DNA from: a virus
Direction: 5' to 3' (one strand)
DNA: 64,000 nucleotides
Virus record (IMG/VR): IMGVR_UViG_3300045988_072028
Span: 32,001-96,000 of that record
Each line of letters begins with the position of its first letter. Positions within the stretch are counted from its first letter, which is position 1. The position numbers and the translations under genes are program-made. Shown here one piece after another: positions 55,087 to 62,327 of the stretch. The notes under the pieces were generated by a model, which ran no database searches, had not been told where the DNA came from, and was given only the letters and a program-made list of their open reading frames with translations.

Positions 55087-55290
55087 TCAGTCTAGGATAT
55101 CGAGGTCTTTGTTCTTGATTGCCTTATATACTTGCCTAATACAATGTATTGATAATAAAACCAATAAAGAAACTATGATTATAGGCAGAGCGTCGCCCGT
55201 AGCTATAACGTACCGCCCCAACTCAAACGCCATATACCCACAAAACAAGGTGAGTACGAAATATATAAATACACCCATAAAAATATACAA
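55087..55290 (-). CDS. small membrane protein (two TM helices)
   Basis: FMGVFIYFVLTLFCGYMAF and LPIIIVSLLVLLSI. An isolated ORF within the non-coding region. Confidence 0.45.
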   Translation of the reverse strand: MYIFMGVFIYFVLTLFCGYMAFELGRYVIATGDALPIIIVSLLVLLSIHCIRQVYKAIKNKDLDILD

Positions 55291-55635
55291 TAAGTAACCA
55301 CGATTTTAAAATTGAACGCAAATAATACAATTAATTGAGTATCAATAAAATAATATATATCAACCCCTAGAGCTACCTCTAAGGAAAGACAAGCCTAGAT
55401 ATAGATAAAAAATATACAATAAGTACCGCCTATTATATACCTTTTAGGATCGATTCAAGCGCAAATCCATGCATAAGGGTACAATTCACCCGCCCGTATG
55501 GATATAGACATATACAAAATGATACATAATAAAGTATTTTACTTACATATTTATAATTAAGGCTTAAAATTTACCGCCTCAACACTTTTATATGTAAGCA
55601 AAACATATGATTATGCTGTCATTTTGTAAAATTAG

Positions 55636-55681
55636 ACACAAAAAAGCCCTTTCGTCCTATATCACTACAGTACGGAAGGGC
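55636..55681 (-). terminator. rho-independent terminator
   Basis: Minus sense reads GCCCTTCCGT...ACGAAAGGGC followed by TTTTTTGTG, just after the stop of 55714..55920. Confidence 0.7.
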
Positions 55682-55713
55682 ACAAACTTTAAAATCAAAT
55701 AAAAACAAACGAT

Positions 55714-55920
55714 CTATTGTCGCAATTTGTTTGCCATGTAACTAACATGTTTCCGCCTACATTTATCAGATTCCCTACTGCAATCTAATTTATTAGACTT
55801 GTATAGTTCTTTGGTAAGCTCAATATAAAACTCAATTTGAGACTTTCTTATAGCTTCTAAAGCCTTTTCTTTTTGAATAGATAGTTTCCTATTCAAATTA
55901 TCAAATTTCTTTTTGTACAT
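55714..55920 (-). CDS. small basic coiled-coil protein
   Basis: 68-aa ORF preceded by GC-rich element C and followed by a hairpin terminator. Confidence 0.5.
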   Translation of the reverse strand: MYKKKFDNLNRKLSIQKEKALEAIRKSQIEFYIELTKELYKSNKLDCSRESDKCRRKHVSYMANKLRQ

Positions 55921-55940
55921 AATATATTCATTTAATTACA

Positions 55941-56030
55941 CCAATAAGAATACGGCACGGCTATGAAGGCACAAAGCCGCCGTTATCGATACGGACAGCA
56001 GAGCACACCACGCCCGCCCGTCTCCGTTGG
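55941..56030 (-). repeat. GC-rich intergenic element C
   Basis: Minus sense reads CCAACGGAGACGGGCGGGCGTGGTG...TTCTTATTGG. Confidence 0.6.
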
Positions 56031-56387
56031 ATTTGTCCCTTTGCCCCGAACGAACGAAGCCAAATACGTACATACGTCACCCGTGATACGTACCGACAAG
56101 GCGTATTAAGTCCGTCAATTTAACCGCACTAAATACCCTTGTAAGGGTTGTTATTTGCTATCCGTACACATGTTAGGTATTTAAGCAACCCTAACATACG
56201 TCGTATTGATACATTAGCACGGAAATAACACCGTAATACACTCAATGCGTGCTACTCTCACAACGCACTAACATACGCCCTATACATGCGTATATACACC
56301 AACGTACCCCGTATTATAATACGGCCTATTAAGGAGACCTTAACGTACTAACCCTACTTGCAATAAGGCCAAAAGGATAACGGTACG
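55950..56387. repeat. dense cluster of ATACG/CGTAT (TACG-core) motifs
   Basis: ATACG starts at 55950, 55989, 56064, 56072, 56086, 56196, 56273 and 56319. CGTAT starts at 56102, 56202, 56289 and 56310. Several CGTAC/GTACG copies are also present, and there is a palindrome ATACGTCGTAT at 56196-56206. Confidence 0.8.
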
Positions 56388-56576
56388 TCTCCGGACTGGC
56401 AACGCACCCAAATCACATTGTTAAGCGGCGATCTATCTATACATGCTATCGATACCCTACCAGCATGTATATCCTTATTGCAATATGTTAAATAACTCGC
56501 TATTTTAGTCTGAGTCCAGTTGCGCGACGGGGACGCAATAGCATGCAACCACGACGGGCTATTATAGCCCGCCTAA

Positions 56577-57116
56577 TTATCTATCATTTTTAGGGTGCGT
56601 TAGGTAGTAAGTAATACATTTGGCTATCAAATTATATGTGTATCGCTTGATAGGTATAGCTACTTTGATGATACGTTTATCCGATCCATTAAACACCTCA
56701 TAGTAAGGCACGCTACCCGTGTCGTTGTATGCTATAGGCTCACAATATCCAAAGCGTTTATGCGTATTGCCTATTATAGCAATTTCGTTTATCTTATCCT
56801 CTGATAATTTCACATTCTTTTCCGCATCCTGCTTGTCGTAATATTCTCTTTCCACCTCTTTATATGCGCAAAAAGTATTGTCAATACGTGGAAGGATCTC
56901 TTTACAAAGTTGTATTACAACCTCTTTATCTTTAGCTAATGATACCAAAGCGGGTACAATTTCCTTATCTACCTTGATATCATTTTCCTTTAATATCTCA
57001 TTTATTTCTTTACCAGATTTAAAAAGTTGGGCCCATGCCTTTACGGCACCTGTTAACGTCTTTTCACTTGCCTTCTTTACCTCGCTTTGTACTTTAGTTA
57101 ACTCTTTATTTGTCAT
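56577..57116 (-). CDS. hypothetical protein
   Basis: 179-aa ORF transcribed divergently from 57634..58185. Confidence 0.55.
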   Translation of the reverse strand: MTNKELTKVQSEVKKASEKTLTGAVKAWAQLFKSGKEINEILKENDIKVDKEIVPALVSLAKDKEVVIQLCKEILPRIDNTFCAYKEVEREYYDKQDAEKNVKLSEDKINEIAIIGNTHKRFGYCEPIAYNDTGSVPYYEVFNGSDKRIIKVAIPIKRYTYNLIAKCITYYLTHPKNDR

Positions 57117-57339
57117 TAGATTTTACCCATACCTTTGGGATTTATATTGGCTTCTGGTACGCCAGTTTGTTAATATTGTTATCTCACATTGCAAATATAA
57201 TACATGTTTTATTGTCAAACAAATATTTTACAATAAAAATTCAACGATTATATATAATAAAACTAATCAAATGCAAATGTATATTAAAATATTGGTTTAT
57301 ATAATTGATAATCAACTATTTAAATGAAAAATAAGCATT

Positions 57340-57520
57340 CTTTTTTTCGGTTCGCTGATCGTTTGCCGTTCTTGTTTCCCGTCCTTCGTGGATTGGGGGG
57401 GGCTGGTCCAAAAACGGCAGCCCGGCCGGGCCGATTTCGGGGAGGTGGTCCGTCCCGCATATCCCCGCATATCCCTACATGTCCGGCGTCCCAACATATC
57501 CCATCTCTCATCCCCTAACG
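57340..57520. promoter_or_regulatory. GC-rich island in a divergent intergenic region
   Basis: Contains a stem GCCGTTCTTG (57365-57374) / CAAAAACGGC (57409-57418) enclosing a G8 tract (57395-57402). Also a 12-bp palindrome GCCCGGCCGGGC (57420-57431). Tandem 10-mers CCGCATATCC, CCGCATATCC and CTACATGTCC span 57455-57484, with CAACATATCC at 57492-57501. Confidence 0.6.
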
Positions 57521-57593
57521 ACTTTCTCATTAATTTTATTACATTTGCGATATAATTAAAACATAACATATTATGAATAAAGAAGTTGAATAC

Positions 57594-57610
57594 ATGGGGG
57601 GGGTATTTAA
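57594..57610 (+). promoter_or_regulatory. G9 homopolymer abutting a TATTTAAG box upstream of the plus-strand island
   Basis: ATGGGGGGGGGTATTTAAG. G9 occupies 57594-57602, 32 nt before the ATG at 57634. Confidence 0.4.
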
Positions 57611-57633
57611 GACCCCTCAGATAAGGAGGGGGT

Positions 57634-58185
57634 ATGTTTAGGCGCAGGACTTCTTCTCCCGGTAAGATCCACTACCGTGTTAATATAAACAAGAATATGT
57701 GTCTTGGCTTTGTAGATATATATATTGATGGGAAGCCATATCAACCTGGTTTTAACGGATCTTATCTTGATATATATCGCGATAAGAAGATAAAAACTAT
57801 AAGCATAAGTGGCCAGATATCATATCTAAATCCGAAAAATGAGTACAATGTTATTTTGGGCATAAGTGGAGGTATTATAGAGGGAACCCTTACGTATCAA
57901 TATAATTCGGGTATGCATTGCGAGTTGGCTAATAAGGTGATATACGGGAATAGGATAACTAATTTTGTTCCTGTAACGGTGATAGAAGATCCTGGGAAGA
58001 TCATTAATTTCACTTACAGATCTGAATTACATACTCAGGTTTTAGATGAAAGTTATGTAAGTTGGGATGGTGATTATGTATTAAACGATAATTGTATAGT
58101 AACTGATCTTTGTTCGGGATGTGAATCTTATGCCTATGGGAAAAGTTCTCATGGTAACTATCGAGTAACGGTAAGGATAGTGTAA
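57634..58185 (+). CDS. hypothetical beta-rich protein
   Basis: 183-aa ORF. First gene of the plus-strand island, 32 nt after a G9 tract. The start could be the internal ATG (MCLGF). Confidence 0.5.
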   Translation: MFRRRTSSPGKIHYRVNINKNMCLGFVDIYIDGKPYQPGFNGSYLDIYRDKKIKTISISGQISYLNPKNEYNVILGISGGIIEGTLTYQYNSGMHCELANKVIYGNRITNFVPVTVIEDPGKIINFTYRSELHTQVLDESYVSWDGDYVLNDNCIVTDLCSGCESYAYGKSSHGNYRVTVRIV

Positions 58186-58187
58186 TC

Positions 58188-58258
58188 CCAAGGGAAGGAG
58201 GGAGACCTCGTCCTTCCGGGCCTCCCCGTCCTACCACCGCCCCTCACGTTCTTTTTGG
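58188..58258 (+). repeat. GC-rich intergenic element D (plus orientation)
   Basis: CCAAGGGAAGGAGGGAGACC...CCGCCCCTCACGTTCTTTTTGG. It has the same terminal pattern as A-C, oriented with local transcription. Confidence 0.55.
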
Positions 58259-58322
58259 CTTCTCCATGTATTGTCTTTGACCGGATATCAAAAATTCATA
58301 TCTTTGGAACAAAACTACAATC

Positions 58323-58577
58323 ATGTTTAGAGACATACTACATAAAATAAAGATCTTCTTCTGCGATGACGATATCGAGAAGATAAATGTAAGGGATAGT
58401 ACGGTTATCCGCAACAACGAGATACATAAGATGTATGATGAGATACTTAATGAGCTAGGTGATTTGGCCACTGTCGTGTCTAGGAACTACGTGTATGGCA
58501 GGATAAAGGACAGGACGGGATTGAGCATCCGTCATATCAGCAGGATAATAAACCATACTAAAGTTGAGGAGATATGA
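58323..58577 (+). CDS. small putative HTH protein
   Basis: C-terminal RIKDRTGLSIRHISRIINHTK is helix-turn-helix-like. Confidence 0.45.
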   Translation: MFRDILHKIKIFFCDDDIEKINVRDSTVIRNNEIHKMYDEILNELGDLATVVSRNYVYGRIKDRTGLSIRHISRIINHTKVEEI

Positions 58578-58852
58578 TAAAGGACGTAATGGAGAGGGAT
58601 ATGATAAATGAGATATCCACGTTGTTTGTAATGATATTCACGTCAGGGTTGATGTTTGTCATGCCGATATTAGATATAGGGTATAATGATATCCTTGTCA
58701 TAATAGGATTCGGGATAATACTATCTTTTATGTTAACCATAATCCCGATCTTGCTTTCTTACGATATAAGGGATGAGATCATTGAGTTGATTGAGGATAT
58801 GGACAGACAGATCGTAGTAGATACTTCGGTATATAAAACGGATCTGCCCTAA
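58574..58852 (+). CDS. small membrane protein
   Basis: ATGA overlap with the upstream ORF. Hydrophobic LFVMIFTSGLMFVMPIL and VIIGFGIILSFMLTIIPILL. Confidence 0.5.
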   Translation: MIKDVMERDMINEISTLFVMIFTSGLMFVMPILDIGYNDILVIIGFGIILSFMLTIIPILLSYDIRDEIIELIEDMDRQIVVDTSVYKTDLP

Positions 58853-58868
58853 GAAATTCCTAGGGCAG
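58844..58868. terminator. bidirectional hairpin between convergent genes
   Basis: CTGCCCTA...TAGGGCAG, overlapping the stop of 58574..58852. Confidence 0.6.
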
Positions 58869-58876
58869 GTAATGTG

Positions 58877-59155
58877 CTATTTTCTTTTAACGTACTTATC
58901 TATCATATCTATTGATAGTTTAGCTCCCAGCTCCTCCTCCAATAGGTTAAGGTAGTTCCGGTGCAGGCATCCGCCCCGCTCCACCTCCCTAAAGCCGGCC
59001 CCGTCCCTGATCCTGACCAGCCCTTTCCTTGGATCCATGTCGATAAGATCCCGAAGCTCGTTCATATTCTTGAACCGGTTCTCTATTACCTTAAATACAT
59101 CGATCTTAGGTCTCTTATCCTTATCCTTGGACTTTATTTTAATTCTTCCACTCAT
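58877..59155 (-). CDS. hypothetical basic protein
   Basis: Convergent with the plus island. Confidence 0.5.
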   Translation of the reverse strand: MSGRIKIKSKDKDKRPKIDVFKVIENRFKNMNELRDLIDMDPRKGLVRIRDGAGFREVERGGCLHRNYLNLLEEELGAKLSIDMIDKYVKRK

Positions 59156-59160
59156 ATCAA

Positions 59161-59358
59161 TTATCCAGTAACTTTACATGTAATATGATTCATATTATTA
59201 CTGCAATAAGCGCACATAGATACGTAGGGAGAATATACCATTCCACATACCGGACATCTCCATCCATATATAACAGGATTTGTTTGTTTGTCAATTTCTT
59301 TCAAGCCCTCATTAGTAGTGGATGATGTATTTTTATTTTCCATATCATTCATTACCAC
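59161..59358 (-). CDS. zinc-ribbon small protein
   Basis: CPVCG...CAYC. Confidence 0.5.
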   Translation of the reverse strand: MVMNDMENKNTSSTTNEGLKEIDKQTNPVIYGWRCPVCGMVYSPYVSMCAYCSNNMNHITCKVTG

Positions 59359-59935
59359 GGTGGTTTCCTAACCGACGTTCGCTGGTCATGAAGCCATCCT
59401 TATTTATCTTATCTGTACTTCCAAATCCATTATCACCTCTATCAGATTTTCCAAGATCTTCTAATGACTCCACTTCTTCCCATACGATACGTTCCCTTCT
59501 ACGAATAAGAAGCTGTGCTACCTTACCACCGACATTACAATAATAAGGACTATGCCTATTCATTTTTCTGTGAACTATTATAATCTCCCCACTATATCCT
59601 TCATCAATGGTAGCAGGGGAGTTTTGCATAATTAGCTCGCTATTAGTAAAACCACTACGTGGACGGATTTCCATCTCATAATCCTCTGGCAATGCTACAT
59701 GTACGCCAGTATGATATATGATCCTGCCTCCGTCAAGTTCTATATCCTTAACGAACAAATCCATGCAAGCGTCTTCTTTATGAGCGTATTCAGGCAGCTT
59801 AGCCCCTTTTTCCAGCCAGATCTTGACCTTACACGTATCTATACCATCAAGTAACTCAATTGCCTCTTTATAGCTCATAGGCTGCTCTGAGGCTAATGAA
59901 ATGGCTCTTGCCAATAAATCTTTAATCTTACTCAT
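59345..59935 (-). CDS. dut: dUTP diphosphatase (trimeric dUTPase)
   Basis: All five motifs are present: DACMDL, IRPRSGF, ATIDEGYSGEI, KVAQLLI and SDRGDNGFGSTD. Confidence 0.85.
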   Translation of the reverse strand: MSKIKDLLARAISLASEQPMSYKEAIELLDGIDTCKVKIWLEKGAKLPEYAHKEDACMDLFVKDIELDGGRIIYHTGVHVALPEDYEMEIRPRSGFTNSELIMQNSPATIDEGYSGEIIIVHRKMNRHSPYYCNVGGKVAQLLIRRRERIVWEEVESLEDLGKSDRGDNGFGSTDKINKDGFMTSERRLGNHRGNE

Positions 59936-60681
59936 TTTATTTTGTTTTTAAATTCTTTCCCTTTCGGGCATTGTAATTTACATTCCTCACCACAAGCGGA
60001 ACATTTGGGTCTCATTCCGGGCACCCCTCTTCCCCCGTACGGCCAGTAGGCATAATCGCAGACGCTCCAGAACGCCTCCATCGCCTTGATCTTGGCATCG
60101 ACGGTTATCTTCTCCTTCACCTTTTTCATGCTTTTCCTGAACTCGTCTTTCATATCCTTCCCTTCTATCTGTCTGGCTTTACGTCTCTCGTTCCACCAAT
60201 TGTAGTAGAATTTATCTGCCATCTTATAAGCTTCGGGGTCAAATTTATCACGGTGCAGGATAGGGGCGTCCTTGATCTTTCTCAAATTCCTGCCACAAAC
60301 ATAAGCAAGCCCGGCGTACGGAGGTATGTCCTTAGGATCAACCAACCCATCCGGCACGCAGTAGTAGAAGTAGTTGGGCCGGCCGTACCTGACCCAGTCC
60401 CCGGTCTCGTATAGGGCTTGCTTCCGGCCCTCGAACCATCCTTGCATTACTTGGTGCTTACCCTCCTTCTCGAAATCCTTGTTATAGTCAGCTAACGAGA
60501 TCTTAACCTCAACCTCATATGCGTACATGGATCTGGTTATAGCCAGATAATCGGACTCCCAGTTATATACATACAGGTTATTTATCACCCATTTAGGCGA
60601 TACCAAGAACTGTCTGTTAAGGATATCCAATATCCCTCTTTCAGTGTATTCAATACCTTTATTTGATTGCCGTGTTCCCAT
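59932..60681 (-). CDS. MmcB-like / PD-(D/E)XK-fold protein
   Basis: ESDYLAITRSMYAYEVEVKISLADYNKD fits the D...E-x-K plus S--D pattern of MmcB-like proteins. C-terminal Cys cluster CSACGEECKLQC. Confidence 0.4.
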   Translation of the reverse strand: MGTRQSNKGIEYTERGILDILNRQFLVSPKWVINNLYVYNWESDYLAITRSMYAYEVEVKISLADYNKDFEKEGKHQVMQGWFEGRKQALYETGDWVRYGRPNYFYYCVPDGLVDPKDIPPYAGLAYVCGRNLRKIKDAPILHRDKFDPEAYKMADKFYYNWWNERRKARQIEGKDMKDEFRKSMKKVKEKITVDAKIKAMEAFWSVCDYAYWPYGGRGVPGMRPKCSACGEECKLQCPKGKEFKNKIK

Positions 60682-60949
60682 CTCCTGTCAGAGGATTATT
60701 CCTTAACCCAACCGCCATTATAGCGTTCGATACCAATCTCCGTAATCCGCTTATATCCTTATCATGGAATGAGAAAGTGGTTAAGTTATGCGATTCAGTA
60801 ATCTTATCATAAGACTTTATCATCAACACAGCCACATACTCACCCATCATCTTTTCATTCATGATATCAAGATCGATTATGCCGTGATCTATTAGATCAA
60901 CCACATCCCATCCTGATGGTAGATACGTTTTTATCTGATTAATGTCCAT
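60659..60949 (-). CDS. hypothetical protein
   Basis: Same-strand ORF just downstream of a terminator hairpin. Confidence 0.5.
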   Translation of the reverse strand: MDINQIKTYLPSGWDVVDLIDHGIIDLDIMNEKMMGEYVAVLMIKSYDKITESHNLTTFSFHDKDISGLRRLVSNAIMAVGLRNNPLTGDGNTAIK

Positions 60950-60964
60950 AGCAAATAGTATTTA

Positions 60965-60991
60965 TAAAAAGGAGGGTCGTGCTACCCTCCT
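60965..60991 (-). terminator. rho-independent terminator downstream of the tRNA pair
   Basis: Minus sense reads AGGAGGGT-AGCACG-ACCCTCCT followed by TTTTTAT. Confidence 0.7.
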
Positions 60992-61119
60992 ATAGATTAC
61001 ACACGAAAAATAGAACTGAAAGCGATCTTAAGCACGTAAGATTTTATTAATTCCCGTAGGCTGTCTACCGGTTATCGTTAATTACCGACCTGCGGGAATA
61101 TGTTTAAGAAAACACCATG

Positions 61120-61195
61120 TGGGGAGTGGGGGAATCGAACCCTTATCCACGCTACGATTAGGAATCGTAAATTCTATCCGTTAAATTAACTCCCC
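61120..61195 (-). tRNA. tRNA-Arg (anticodon CCT)
   Basis: A hand fold of the minus-sense 76 nt gives a 7-bp acceptor GGGGAGT/ACTCCCC, a D stem ATTT/GAAT and an anticodon stem TACGA/TCGTA with loop TTCCTAA. The T loop is TTCGATT. The T stem has only 3 GC pairs plus two A-C mismatches, and the variable loop is 8 nt. Confidence 0.6.
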
Positions 61196-61278
61196 TTTAA
61201 GCGTCCTGATCCTCCCGGACAAGGACACTACATAAATCTAAACTCTAAACCTAATGACAAATTCTATTAATCCAACTG

Positions 61279-61352
61279 TGGACCCGGCCGGACTTGAACC
61301 GACAACCTACTGGTTATGAGCCAATTGCTCTTACCAATTGAGCTACGGGTCC
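61279..61352 (-). tRNA. tRNA-Met or tRNA-Ile2 (anticodon CAT), elongator type
   Basis: A hand fold of 74 nt gives acceptor GGACCCG/CGGGTCC, a D stem GCTC/GAGC and an anticodon stem ATTGG/CCAGT with loop CTCATAA. The T arm is GTCGG-TTCAAGT-CCGGC. The G1-C72 pair argues against an initiator. Confidence 0.85.
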
Positions 61353-61416
61353 TAAATTCACCACATCGGCTTTCACAAGAGGATGTGGGACGGAATTTCT
61401 CGAAAATTATATAGTA

Positions 61417-62016
61417 TTATGAAATTATTGTCCAGCATTCTAGCATATAGCACCAATCCTCGAACGGGAATGTCTCTATACCTGACCTACCCCATCCCGC
61501 CCCCCAACTGTTCTGTAGGACGAAGCCGGCCTTGTCCCATCCGGTGAGGATAACGGCATGACCTCCCAAGTTCTGTCCTTGGCCTTGCCAGAATCGATTA
61601 CCATAATTATAGCAATACAGACCTATAACCAGAGGACCATTCAGCATCAACGCCACCTTAGCTGATACCGGATCTATGATCCTAGCGTAACTGTTTATTT
61701 TCTCCCCATCTACGCCTACGTTCTTGATAGACTTGATAGCATCACGAAGAACCATCCCGTCCTGGTCCTTATCCTCTCTCAGATCATATATATCGTAAGG
61801 AGATATTTTAGCTGGTCTTTTGATATCCTTTATAGCTTTTCTCCAGTTAAGGATCTCAGCCAGGCTTACGGCTGCGCAAATAGGGGAAGAACCTTGATCT
61901 ACCACGCTATCGACATTATTGATCTTATACTCATCAGGAACAGCCTCATGTTGCATATTCATGATAGCGTCCCTATCATCCGCTGGTGATGGTATGTAAC
62001 CTAGTCCGTAACTCAT
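61417..62016 (-). CDS. papain-like cysteine peptidase (family C1-like)
   Basis: VDQGSSPICAAVSLAE (catalytic Cys region), GGHAVILTGW (His) and LQNSWGAGWGRSG (Asn/Trp region) occur in the canonical order. Confidence 0.65.
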   Translation of the reverse strand: MSYGLGYIPSPADDRDAIMNMQHEAVPDEYKINNVDSVVDQGSSPICAAVSLAEILNWRKAIKDIKRPAKISPYDIYDLREDKDQDGMVLRDAIKSIKNVGVDGEKINSYARIIDPVSAKVALMLNGPLVIGLYCYNYGNRFWQGQGQNLGGHAVILTGWDKAGFVLQNSWGAGWGRSGIETFPFEDWCYMLECWTIIS

Positions 62017-62327
62017 TTTTTATCTTTTTTATGATAGTCTATTATCTTGATATTAAACGTATCGGATCTTTGCCTAACCTGTATTGACCCTCTAGCTTTT
62101 CCCTTGGCGTCGTACAGGGCGGTGAAACCAAAGTTATCGACCCGGCCGTCATCCAGCGTAAACCTCCACTCCTTCCATTGGCCCATCACGGTTCCGGAAG
62201 ATACTATGGAATCCACCACATAAGATATATCAGTAGTATCGTACTCCGTATAATAGGTTCTAGATGTACTACATCCGACAGCCGCTAAGGTAAATAACGT
62301 TAACAAGAAAAACAAGATCTTATTCAT
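62013..62327 (-). CDS. lipoprotein
   Basis: ATG at 62327 gives MNKILFFLLTLFTLAAVGCSTS, a signal peptide plus a lipobox Cys. The track start at 62387 adds an unlikely Arg-rich extension. Confidence 0.6.
   Translation of the reverse strand: MNKILFFLLTLFTLAAVGCSTSRTYYTEYDTTDISYVVDSIVSSGTVMGQWKEWRFTLDDGRVDNFGFTALYDAKGKARGSIQVRQRSDTFNIKIIDYHKKDKK

Noticed and set aside
54590-55297. Plus-strand ORFs 54590..54856, 54890..55297 and 54894..55085, and minus-strand ORF 54867..55073.
   Set aside because: They run through the GC-rich element and the tandem repeats, giving Pro-rich or repeat-derived peptides. They are opposite in strand to all neighbours or overlap one another.
56354-56548. 64-aa minus-strand ORF inside the TACG-rich non-coding segment.
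   Set aside because: It is isolated and has no start context. It sits in a region whose repeats and palindromes better explain the sequence. It cannot be fully excluded.
56556-56570. GGGCTATTATAGCCC as the terminator of 56577..57116.
   Set aside because: A 7-bp palindrome with a 1-nt centre cannot form a normal hairpin loop, and it lacks a following U-tract. It is noted instead as a palindromic site.
57312-57569. ORFs 57312..57569(-), 57320..57511(-) and 57324..57518(+) across the GC-rich island.
   Set aside because: Three mutually overlapping frames on both strands, all Arg/Pro/Gly-rich. This is typical of spurious ORFs in a GC-rich non-coding patch.
61051-61100. Possible third tRNA or tRNA-like structure (TTCCCGTAGG...CCTGCGGGAA stem) next to tRNA-Arg.
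   Set aside because: It forms only one long stem with a 27-nt loop. No cloverleaf, T loop or anticodon arm could be drawn, so it is more likely a processing or terminator-type hairpin.
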